64,000 nt of DNA from Cyanophora paradoxa CCMP329 (Eukaryota; Plantae; Glaucophyta): assembly GCA_004431415.1 (NCBI GenBank), contig QPMI01000436.1:434001-498000 (forward strand), read 5' to 3'. A program made the position numbers and the translations under genes. Below, one piece after another: positions 36,101-46,574 of this stretch; the first letter of the stretch is position 1, and the number at the start of each line of letters is the position of its first letter. The notes under the pieces are model-generated. The model made no database searches. It was not told the DNA's origin and was given only the letters and a program-made list of their open reading frames with translations.

Positions 36101-38650
36101 GCCAAGGGGAGCAGAAGGTCCAGGGCTTTTGGAGGGTGCTAGGCTGGGCTGGAGGGGGGTGGGGGGGACAGGAAGGACGGCGTGGGACGCGGAGCCTTTT
36201 CTCTGGAGCCTCAGAGCGCCCCCATTGTGGCTCTGTCAGATTCTGTTTCGTACAGCGTTTCTTATATATAAAGGAGCCCCCCTCTTGCAGCCGTTGCAGC
36301 TCGCTTTCAAGGCACCCCGGGGGGAGGACGGGGGAGGACGGGGACAGGGACGGGGGGGTACGGGTTGAGGTGGAGGTGGGGGGGGGGGAGAGGCGGGTGC
36401 AAGGATCGGAAGGGGAGGGACAGGAGAGGGGCGAAGGGGAGCATAAGGTCCGGAGCTTTGGGGGGGGGGGGGGGGGGGGGGCGGGGCAGGGGCGGGTTGA
36501 AGGGGATTGAAGGTGGGAGGAGTAGAGGGAGGTGGACCCTCTCTTGGGACTCAGAGCGCTCTCCATCGTGGCCCTCTGCCAGGCTGCTCCGGGCAGCGTT
36601 TCGTCTACAGTGGCGCTCCCCTCTTGAAGCCGTTGCAGCTCGCTTGTAGGACTCGAGGCGCCTCAAGCGGCCCGGCCCCACGCACCGGGCGGTACCCTCG
36701 TGCCCCCATTCGGCCGCGTAACGCAGCGCAGTCCGCCCGTCCTCGTCCCGAGCGTTGACGTCGGCGCCGCGCTCCAGCAGCAGCCTGCGGGCGCGCGGTC
36801 GCTCTCTGTCGGAGGGGCAGCGCCAGCGCGCGCTCGGGCCCGTTCACGGCAGCGGGGAGGGGGGGAGGAGATGGCTTTAGCTTAGCTCGAAAGAGGGAGG
36901 GGGAGCGAGGGGCGGGCGCGGGGAAGGGGAGGCGAGAGGGGGGGAAGGGGAAGGATGGCGCGGAAGGCGAAGCCTCATTTCGTGAGTCTCAGAGCGCCCC
37001 CATCGTGGCCATCTGTATCAGACAGCACTTCGTCTATAGAGGCGCTCCCCTCGTTAAGCCGTTGCAGCTCGCTTTCAGGACTCTAGGCGCCCCAAGCGGC
37101 CCGGCCCCGCGCACCGGGCGATCCCCTCGCGCCCGTTATTGGCGGCGAGGTGCAGCGCGGTCCATCCCTCCTTGTTTTGGGCGTTGACGTCGGCGCCGCG
37201 CTCCAGCAGCAGCCTGCGGTCGCAAGATCGATCTCCATCGGAGGGGCAGCGCCATCACGCGCTCGGGCTCGGTTACGACAGTGGGGAAGAGAGGAAGGAG
37301 GGGCGATGAGCTTCTATTCAGGAAACAAGAAAGCGATGGCTTTAGCTTGGCTCGAAAGAGGGAGGGGAAGGGAGGGACGGGCGCGGGGGAGGGGAGACGA
37401 GAGGGGCCAAGGGGAGCATACGGTGCGGGGCTTTTGGAGGTGCAGGGGTGGGGTCGAGGGGCCGGGGGTGTGGGGGAGGGGAAGGACGGCGCGGGAGGCG
37501 GAGCCTCTTCTCCTGAGCCTCAGAGCGCCCCAATCGTGGCCCTCTCAGAGTCTGTTCCGGACAGAATTTCGGCTATAGAAAATTTTTAAACGCTCAGCGG
37601 CTCCCCTCTCGAAGCCGTTGCAGCTTTTAGGACTCTAGGCGCCCCAAGCGGCCCATCCCCGCGCACTGGGTGGTCCCCTCGTGTCCACGATAGGCGGCCC
37701 ATTGCAGCGCGGTCCATCCCCTGTCGTCCCGAGCGTTGACGTCGGCGCCGCGCTCCAGCAGCAGCCTGCGGGCGCACGGTCAATCTCCATCGGAGGGGCA
37801 GCGCCAGCGCGCGCTCGGGCGACAGTGCGGAGGGAAGGAGTGGGGGAGGGGGAGGCGCGGGGGGGGGGGGGGGGCAAATGACGCGTGCGGGGAAGGGGGG
37901 GGGTAAAGGGAGAGGTGACAAGGGAGCAGAAGGTCCGGGGCTTTTGGGGGGTGAAGGGGTGGGCTGGAGGGGATTGGGGGGGAGGGGAAGGACAGCGCGG
38001 GAAGCGGAGCCTCTTTTCGTGAGCCTCAGAGCGCCCCCATCGTGCCCCTCTGTTCCGGGCAGCGTTTCTTTATAGAGACGCTCCCCTCTTAAAGCCGTCG
38101 CAGCTTGCTTTGAGGATTCTAGGCGCCCCCAGCGACCCAGCCCCGCGCACCGGGTGGTCCCCTCGCGCCCTCCAAAGGCGGCCTGGAGCAGCGCGGTAAA
38201 TCCCCTCTCGTCCCGAGCGTTGACGTAGGCGCCGCGCTCCAGCAGCAGCCTGCGGGCGCGAGGTCAGTTTCTATCTGAGGAGCAGCATCGCTTCTCGATC
38301 AAATAACTTCTTGGGGGGGGGGGGGGGGGGGGTCCGGGGGGCGACGGAAGGGGGGGGGGAGGGGGGGGGAGGAAGGAGGGCCGGCGGGGACGGGGGGCGC
38401 ATAGCAATGCCTCCCGCACGATCCTTCGCCCCGTGCTCACCTGGCGATGTCCTCGTGCCCCCTCTGACAGGCGAGCATAAGGGCGGTGAGCTCTCTCCCA
38501 GAATCACTGTCGTGGTCCACGGCATCGACGGGGGCACCGGCGTCCAGCTCCCTCCTGCGGGCGCCCTCGAGCGCGTCTGGACGTAGCGGGACAGCGGCCG
38601 CACCGGACCGCAGCCAGGTTGCCCGCGTAGACCGCCCAGAAGAGCTCCAT
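27159..38650 (-). CDS. TRP-type cation channel with N-terminal ankyrin-repeat array and ZZ-type zinc finger (start may lie further upstream)
   Basis: Domain order: ankyrin array; helical linker ([12 protein letters not shown]); ZZ finger ([32 protein letters not shown]); TM segments ([16 protein letters not shown]; [14 protein letters not shown]; [28 protein letters not shown]); pore helix [12 protein letters not shown]; S6 [17 protein letters not shown]; TRP-box-like YAYGRTKMVLRYH...VAPFNIL; C-terminal coiled coil. Confidence 0.85.
31596..38249 (-). repeat. Tandem array of 13 exon+intron units (~500-560 bp), each exon one ankyrin repeat
   Basis: Exons at 38151-38249, 37667-37765, 37115-37213, 36686-36784, 35787-35885, 35258-35356, 34698-34796, 34168-34266, 33659-33763 (105 nt), 33158-33256, 32655-32753, 32097-32195 and 31596-31694. 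All are bounded CGCAG|G ... CG(or CA)|GTGCG. N-cap exon 38441-38554, C-cap exon 31248-31346. Confidence 0.95.
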
Positions 38651-39399
38651 GCCGGGCTCGGGCTCGGGCCCGAGGCCGGACGCGGGGCCCGCGGCGCCCG
38701 CGCCCGACTCGGCTGCCGCCCCGCGGGGCGACCGCCGCCCCCGAGGCCGGAGCCGCGGCGGCTGCGGCCGCCGGCGCGGCGCTGGCCGCGGGCGAGGCGG
38801 CGCCCGCGCCGGCCGCGGCTGCAGCGGCGGAGCTGTCGCGGTCGGGGCCGCCGCGCGGCAGAAGCGGCGCGCGGAGGCCGGAGTTGACAGAGGCGTCGGG
38901 CTCGAGGCCGGCCGCGTCCTCGAGGTCCACTGGGCCCGCACCGGCGCCTGGGGGCGCGCGCGACGATTTGAATGCGACTGGTCATCCGACGCTCGCGGGA
39001 CGGCCGCGCGCGGCGGATCGGCTCACCGTCGACAGCGGAGAGCGGCACGAAGGTCACGGCGCCCCTGAGGGACCTCCGAGCTGCGCGCCGGGCATGTGTT
39101 CGTCGACCGCGAACTTGACCGCAGGCCGCGGGCGGGCCGCTACAAGCGGAGAGCGCACCGCTCTCGTCAGTGGTCGGGTGCCAGCGATCAGAGACGGAAT
39201 CGGCGACCGAAGGCGGGCCGCCGGGGCCCGGCCGCCGCGCCAGGCCGCGCATGTCAGTTTAAATCTGCCAGGCAGCGGTTACTGGAACGATCGGCAGCGA
39301 TCGATCGAAGCGATCTCAGAGGCGCGGGGGCGCACGCTAGAGACAGGAACGGGGGCGGGCTCGGGGAGCTGAGCTGGACCCCAGCGTGCGGTACCCCCA

Positions 39400-42300
39400 T
39401 ATACGTACCCCCGGCCCGTGACCAATGAGCCACTTGGGAGCCACTTAGGAGGTCCCAAGAGCAGCTCATTGCAAGCTGGCAACGTTCACCGAACTAGTCG
39501 TCAAAGCTGAACTCTGGTGAGCCCTTGCTCCAGGACCGTCCGTGTCGGAGCCCCCGCTTACTGCCATTCACTACCGCAGCCCTCTTTCCGCCGTCCTCTG
39601 TACTCTCTGTACGAGCTCCCGCGCCCGTGGCCAGCGCCGCGCGCTCGCCGTGCCGCGCATCATGATCATCGAGCCGTTCCTCGAGCCGCGCCCCAGCGCC
39701 GCGCCGTCCTCGAGCCGCGCCCCAGCGCCGCGCCGCTGCGGGCGCCACGCCGCGCTGCCTCGGCGCTGCCTCGACGCCGTCCATGATCAGAACCTCGCCG
39801 CGCCCTCGCAGGGTCTTTGCGCGCCCGGCCGTGGTCTCGTGGGTCGCCGCCCGCGTCCTCCAGCTTCGGAGGGCTTTGGATGCGGTCGCGCCGCCCCCGC
39901 GCGCGCAGGAAGGGCCCGCGGGCGCGCATCGGTGCGCCGGGCGCCCGCCGCGCCGCCCCCGCGCCGCCCGCCGCCGCCTGACGCCCGGCCGCCAGATTCG
40001 ATCCCCGCACCGTCGCCCGTACACTGCGGCGCCGCCCTCTGAGCCTCCGCACCGGCCGCCGGTGCGTTTGCAGTCCGCCCCGCCCGCCCCCGACCGCCCC
40101 CGCCGGGCCGCAGCCACTTACGTCCTGCCCGACCAGTTTCCAAGTAATCGGCTGTACCCTTCCGCCGCGGGGACCCGCCACCCGCGCATCCGGCCTCTCC
40201 GTTCCGTCCCCTTTCCAACGGTGTGCTGCACGCCGCGGGGTGCGCCCAGGCGTCCTGAACCCCCCCCCTTCTCCCCCCCCCCCCCCCCTCCCCCCCGACA
40301 CGGGAAGCCCTCAGCGGCGGCCCTCGAGGCGGGCGCCGGCGCCTGGAGGCAAAGGAGGGCGGCGCGGCCGGGCGAGCGCCGCGGCGCCCCCGCCGAGGCC
40401 CCGGAGCCCCGCGCGAGGCGAGCCGGCGGCCCGCGAGCGCGTGCGGCGCGCTTCGGCTCCTTTGAGGCGGTGCGGGGCGCAGCGCGCCGCCCTCCGGCCC
40501 GCCGCCGGCGCCGCGCGTCTTCGCGGAGGAGCCCTCCGGCGCCCGCGAGTCCGGGTACGACTCGCTCGACTTCCCCGCGCCAAGGTTCGAATTCGATCCG
40601 CGCCCCGGCCTCCCCTGGAGCTCCCTCTCCCGAGCCCGAGCGAGCTAGCGAGCGCGTGCAGGTCGGCCTGACGTCGCACGAGCTGTACGCGATCGTGCGG
40701 CGCGTGCGGCCGTCCTGAGCCTCAACGCATCCGCCCGCATCGAGCCGCTCATCGTCCTCCTGCTCGCAACGACGTACCCCTTGCCTCCATCCGCTCCGGC
40801 TTCCGGCGGTGCGAGCTCCCTCCCCCCTCGACCCCCCTCCCCCGCGCCGCGCCGCCTCACGGCCCGCGCCCCGCAGCTTCCCGCGTGTCCTCTTCTGCGA
40901 CGCCGCTACGATCGCCTCGCGCATCGCGTGGCTCCGCTCCCGCGGCGTCGACCCGCCCAAGGCTCGCCGGGCCGGCCCGGCCCTCCCGCCCCGCGGCCCA
41001 GCTCAGCCGAACGGGCGCGCAGCTGTGGCGGCAGTGCCCGCAGACGCTGACGCTGAGCGAGGAGAACCTCGAGCGCAAGTGGGCGGCCCTCTCCCGCGAG
41101 ATCGGCGTGGATGGCGCCAGGCGCAGCCCTCCCGCCCTAACCCCTCTTCCCGGCCCCTCTCAATCTAAGCGGCGGGCGCGCAGGCGCGTCTTCGAGGAGA
41201 CGATCGCGCCGACCCTCTCCGTCGAGAACCTCCTCGGCAAGCTCGACGAGGTGCGCTCAGATCCGATCGGACGGCGCAGATCTGATCTGACCTCTCTCGG
41301 GGGCAGGTGCAGGGGGCGCTGGGGGTACCGCGGCGGGAGCTGGCGGCGCTGGCGGCGCGCATGCCGGGCCTCCTCGAGGTGCGCGCTGCTCAGATCAGAT
41401 CCAACCCGATCTTATCTGACCTGATCCGATCTAACAACTTCCACCCCGCAGGCAGACGTGCCGGCGCGCGCCGGGGCCTCGTTCGAGTACCTGGGGAGCC
41501 TCGGCCTCTCCCGCGCCGAGGTGAGCATGCGACCTAGCAAACTAGCGACCTAGCGATCGCCCGGCCCCGCCTACCCGGCCCTACCAGAGCCCCCGCCTAC
41601 CGCGCACGCCCCCCGGGCCACCCTTCCCCCTCCCCCCCCCCGCCCCTCTTACCGTCGGACCAGGCGCCCCTCTAGACGCCTGACGCGCGCCCCGCCGTCC
41701 CTCCCGCAGGCGGCCGCCGTGCTCCGGGCCGTGCCCCGCCTCCTCGTCTCCGACACCGACGCCTGCTACAGCCCCGCCGTGCGCCCCGGCGCCCCCGCGC
41801 CCCTGCACTCGCCGTGCGCTACGTTGTAATGTATAAGAGTTCCGCCTCTCCCCTCTCCCCGCCTCTCCCCTCTCCCCCCCAACCCCCTAAAAGCGGTACC
41901 CCCCGGGTCTCGTTCCTGCTCTCGACGGGCTTCTCGCCGTCGGACGTGGCGCTGCTAATCCGCCGACGGCCCACGCTCCACCGCTTCTCCGTCACCAAGA
42001 ACTACTCCCCCCTGGTCCGCCCCGCCCCCGCCCCCGCCCGCCGCCTGAAGGAGGGGGCAAGACCGGACACCGCCGCGCTCTCCCCCCGCTGACCCCCTTG
42101 CTTCTACCCTTCCCCCCCTCCCCCCCCGCCCCGGCTCAGGTGATGTTCCTGTGGCGGCAGGGGATCCACGGCCCCGCCCTCGTCCGCGTCCTCGCCTCGC
42201 CCCCGAGCTCCCGAGGTCCGCCCAGCGCGCCCCCGACCCGATCGAAAAAACCGCCCTCGAGCTCCGGCTATAAATAGGCCTATAAAAACCGCCCTCGTAC

Positions 42301-42822
42301 GGCTACGCTATGAAGGCCCGGACGGATCCCATCCAGATTCAAGCGGATTTGGCCAATCTATCTTACGACACCGCGCCCATCTCAAGCCCCATCTATAAAT
42401 AGCTATCTAAACGCCCGCCCCTAGCCAAGAGCCGTCGCTCTCTCTCTCTCTCTCTCTCTGCTGCCCTCGCTCTCGCTCGGCCGACGCTGACGCTTCGCCT
42501 GCGCGCAGGCCACTCCATCGAAAGCGCAAACGCTGCCCCCCCCCCCCTCCTCCCCCCCCCCCCCCCCCGCCCGCCCCCCCCCCCCCCCCCGCCCTGAACC
42601 CTTACCCGCGCAGGCCCAAGTTTGAGTTCCTGTACGCCCAGCACTACTCCGCCCGCGACGTCATCTCGTACCCCACCGCCCTCAAGTGCTCCCTCGGTGC
42701 CCTGTACCCCGCCTGCCGCCCCCCGCCCCCGCCCGCCCACCCGCCCTCGCTTTGTTCGCAGAGCGGCGCATCCGCCCGCGGCTGCTGTTCCTCGCGGGGC
42801 GTGGCCTGCGCGCGCCCCTCTG
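39400..42822 (+). pseudogene. mTERF copy 3 with upstream flank (frameshifted, 3' end replaced)
   Basis: Shares the 1-nt deletion of copy 2 (about 40705) and has a further deletion at about 40766. Homology ends at ...gcccctctg|tcggttgaatg (about 42822). Confidence 0.8.
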
Positions 42823-43533
42823 TCGGTTGAATGTGGCCGAGAAAAGCGACAACAGAGCAGAGGGGATCTGGCAAGCTGTATTGAGGAAGCTATTGAAAGT
42901 CATAGTACGTATACTAGTAAGTCTATAGAAAGTCAAATATATTGAAAGTCTGTGTTGTTAGCTTGGCTCAAGTTTTTTATGTGAAAAAAGTACACAGAGC
43001 GCGAAGCTCTGAAGAGTAAAGCATCCGAGTAAATTTAAAACGGCGCAGACTGAAGCAGAGAAACGAGGTGAACGAAAAAGCACGATGCTGGAGGCCGTCC
43101 ATCACTGCTGACACTGGACCACAAGCTGCAGCTGAGCTGCAGCTACAGGGGCGGCTTCCGTTGCCAGAAGCGCTAGCCAACTGCGCATTGTCGCCTTCAG
43201 CTGCGGGAGCGGCTCCCGTTGTCGGAGGCCGACCGCGCGTTGTCGGAGGCCGACCACGCATTGTCGCCGGCGGCGGGGGGCGGATTGTCGGCGGCCGATG
43301 TCGGGGGGGCGTCGGCGGAGGGCGCGGGGGCAGCGGCAGAGGGCGGGGGGGCAGCGGCCGAGGGCGCGGGGGTGGCGCCGAGGTTCGAAGGGCCGGCGGC
43401 GGAGGGCGCCGGGGCGCCGGCATTGAGGCTCAGTGTGGGCGGGAACATGATGACCGTATCTGCTGAAGTACCGGTGCGCGCCCCCCGTGGCGTGGTGACG
43501 TTGCTCGAAGTTCCGCCACTCGCTTCGGAATTG

Positions 43534-44442
43534 CTAGCAGTCTGGGCTGAAAATGGTTTTCGCGGTATAACGGCCAACCGAAACGCAAAGCGCACCGAGC
43601 CGGACTTCACTCCGGACGGTCCTGCGACGGCTTGATCTGGTACCGGTAAGAAACAAGTACGCGGTTATATGAAGGAATTCGATGGCACCCGCAAGATACC
43701 GCGAGAGATGCAATGTCCGGTCTACCTGCTGCTCCGCCTTGACCGCGCGTTCCTTCATGTTCGCCTTCTCCTTCAGGGCGTGATCCGCCCGCTGCTCTGC
43801 GAGAGCCGCCTGCTGCTCCGCCTTCACCGCACGCTCCTTCATCTCCTCCTTTTCCTTCTGGGCGTGATCCGCCTGCTGCTCCGCCTTCACCGCGCGCTCC
43901 TTCATCTCCTCCTTTTCCTTCTGGGAGTGATCCGCCTGCTGCTCTGCCTTCACCGCGCGCTGCTTCATCTCCTCCTTCTCCTTCTGCGCGTGATCCGCGT
44001 GCTGCTTCGCTAGAGCCGCCTGCTGCTCTGCGAGAGCCGCCCGCTGCTCCGCGAGAGCCGCCCGCTGGAGGATGTAGTGGACGAATACAGCGGCCAGAAC
44101 CCCGAAGGCCGCCATTAGGCTTGCAGGGTCAGCCTGCGCGGCGTCTGAGAGGGAAAACCGCTGCAACTGGATATCTGAAATGCAGTGCACCGTGTTAGCG
44201 AACGGCGCGGCGACAAGATTCTCTCGCTGGGCGAGTCCGATCAGCGCCACCGCGACCGCCACGGCAACCATCACTGCCAGCAGTAGATTCATGATTACCT
44301 GCACGGATAATCGAATGGCATTTCGGAAAACTCGCGTTTGCGAAAGACACGCACCGAGTGAAGGGCCATATTCCGGAGGACATGTACAGGGGACTGAGCT
44401 TTGGGCAACGAACAAAGGGGCTGAGCTTTGGGCGACGGACAA
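43534..44442 (-). CDS. Hypothetical membrane-anchored coiled-coil repeat protein, copy A (boundaries approximate)
   Basis: Hydrophobic N-terminus (MNLLLAVMVAVAVAVALIGLA; LMAAFGVLAAVFVHYIL) followed by heptad-multiple repeats AEQQADHAQKEKEEMKQRAVK (4 units). Confidence 0.55.
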   Translation of the reverse strand: MSVAQSSAPLFVAQSSVPCTCPPEYGPSLGACLSQTRVFRNAIRLSVQVIMNLLLAVMVAVAVAVALIGLAQRENLVAAPFANTVHCISDIQLQRFSLSDAAQADPASLMAAFGVLAAVFVHYILQRAALAEQRAALAEQQAALAKQHADHAQKEKEEMKQRAVKAEQQADHSQKEKEEMKERAVKAEQQADHAQKEKEEMKERAVKAEQQAALAEQRADHALKEKANMKERAVKAEQQVDRTLHLSRYLAGAIEFLHITAYLFLTGTRSSRRRTVRSEVRLGALCVSVGRYTAKTIFSPDC

Positions 44443-46020
44443 AGAGGATGGTCATGAGCTGGGGTTGCGGCTAGCGCTCTGCACCAGGGGGTAGGCAGTT
44501 CCCAGGAACGAGGAAGCGTACCCGTCGAAAGTCCTGCATGTGCATGCGTACCCTTTTGCCGTACATCTGCGCATGCCGGCGCCGCGCCTGCCGCGCCTCA
44601 TACGTATACACACCATAGCCTCCGAGAGCTCCAGGCAGCCCGCAGCGGCCCCGCCGCACTGTTTGGCAGCGCCTCCGTATACGTATACGTATACGACTCG
44701 CAACTGCCCCCTCCCCCTCCGGACTCCCCGCCGCCCCCGCCCCCAGCGGACCCTCCGCCACCCCGGCCCCCTCCCCTCGCCCGCCCGACCGGCCCTCCCC
44801 CGTCCCCCGGCCCCGTCTCCCCCCCCCTTCCCCCCCAGCCCCCTCCCCCCCACACCCCCCAGCCTCCTCCCCCTCCCCGCAGCCCAGCCCCGCTACCCCG
44901 CCGCCTCACGCGCCGCGAGCGTGAGCTGGCCGCCCTCCGTGACTCGGCCGGCTTCACCTCCGCCCGCAACAATCTTCTTGCACGTGGAGACCGCGGAGCC
45001 CGACGTGCAGGTCCGGCTGTCCCAGCCCCTGATCCACAGGACCGCCCCCCCCCGGACCCCCCGCCTCGGTGAACCTCTCTGACCCCCCCACACCGCCGTC
45101 ACCCGTCGAACCGCAAGACCGGCCCCCGCCCCGCCAGCCCGCGCCCCCGCCGCCGGGCCCCCCACCACCGCCGGCACCGCCCTCGGTCCCCGCACCACCG
45201 CCCCCATTCGAGTTTTCCGCCCGCGCGCGCCAGCTCCACCCCGAGGCACTCCCGCCCCCAGACCGATGTCCCCTCTGCCTACACCCCTGGGCCGTCACCG
45301 CCGCCTCCACCGAGCCCCGTACCCCCTTCTCTGCCCCCAAGGTACCACCCCCTGCTCCACCGCGGCGACCTCATCCAGTCCCTCCTCATCTTCGGCCTCT
45401 CCCCGCTGGGCTACAGACCCTGAGCCCAAAGTGTGCACTCCCTGCCCGCGCGCGCCGGGCTGACGCCACGCTCGCGCTTGAGAGGCCCACTCCTGGAGGA
45501 GAGCAGGCCCCTCGGGCGTGGCCTGCCTGCCCGCGCCAGGTCCGGTCCCGCCCGCGCAGGTGCAGGCTGCCACGCCGCTGGCAGCCTGCAGGGCGGGACC
45601 CGCCGCCGGATGGGGGCCCCAACCCCTCCCCGGGGGCCCGCGCCCGGCGGCGCTCGCACCGCAGAGGCGGTGCGCAATAAATCCTCCGGGGCCCTGCCCA
45701 ATAAACTCTCCGGCCCCAGCTCCCCACCCCCAACCCCACCCCCCCAATGGCCGCGCTCGCGCGGCCGCTGGGGGAGGCCCCACCGAGGGCCGCAAGAGTG
45801 GCCTTAGGGGGTAGGGCTCGCAGTAGGGAGATTCCCTCGGGGTTAGTCTAGCTGGAGACCCAATAGGGGGGAGGTAAGCTAGACTTGTCGTGTGTTTGTA
45901 GGCCTAGGCCTAGGGTAGGCAGATAGCATTAGCTGTTTGTCAACTTGGGGCACCAGTCCCCTAATACACTAGGGATTACTGAAAAAAAAAAAACCTATAT
46001 AGCTAGCGCTAGCCACGTGC

Positions 46021-46338
46021 CACGGTGCACGCTGAACGGCTCGTCCTGGGTGAACGCCGACGTCATCAACTACTACCTTGCCCGACTAAACCTTCTTGCG
46101 AACGGAGAAATTAACCCCCGCCGCCGCGCCTTATAATTACTTTTCCCGGCCCGCTGCAGCTGTGCATACTTTCTATATATGACGTTATTCCGAAGTTCCC
46201 CAGACAATAACGCCGGCGAGTAGCGCCCGCCTGCGCCGTCGCACCGCTGGGCGCGGAATTAACGTCTTTGACTATGACCTATTACTCTTCCCTATCCACA
46301 CCCCGGGCCACTGGATCCTCGCTGCCCTCCACTGGTGA
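46021..46338 (+). pseudogene. Ulp1/SENP (peptidase C48)-like relic
   Basis: TLNGSSWVNADVINYYL and NVFDYDLLLFPIHTPGHWILAAL (catalytic His-Trp motif), interrupted by stops. Confidence 0.7.
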
Positions 46339-46574
46339 CGATTTGCATTAGCACACAACAACAACTACTAGGAGTTTCACATCGCCCAATTTATCTCTCC
46401 GACTAGATAACACTGAGGACCGTCGAGTGCTGTGCTCTGTCTAAATGGTAGGTTTGGTGATGGACTATCTGTATATCTAGCTACACTGGAGGTCTGAAAT
46501 AGGTTTGTAGCTAGCTTTAGCTATATATATAGGTAGCTATTTATCTGTCGCTAGCGCTAAGTCTGATCTGCAGC

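Noticed and set aside
31596-38249. CRISPR-like repeat-spacer array
   Set aside because: The units are ~500-bp exon+intron duplications encoding ankyrin repeats in a eukaryotic gene. There are no cas genes and no short repeats with unique spacers.
42822-44480. Helitron insertion into mTERF (block begins with TC)
   Set aside because: The junction is G|TC rather than an A|T target, no CTRR end with hairpin was found, and the mTERF remainder does not resume after the block. Treated as a rearrangement breakpoint.
44700-45993. Second retroelement 3' fragment on the + strand
   Set aside because: Only a CPLC tetrapeptide and an A12 tract support it, with no RT motif. Not listed as a feature.
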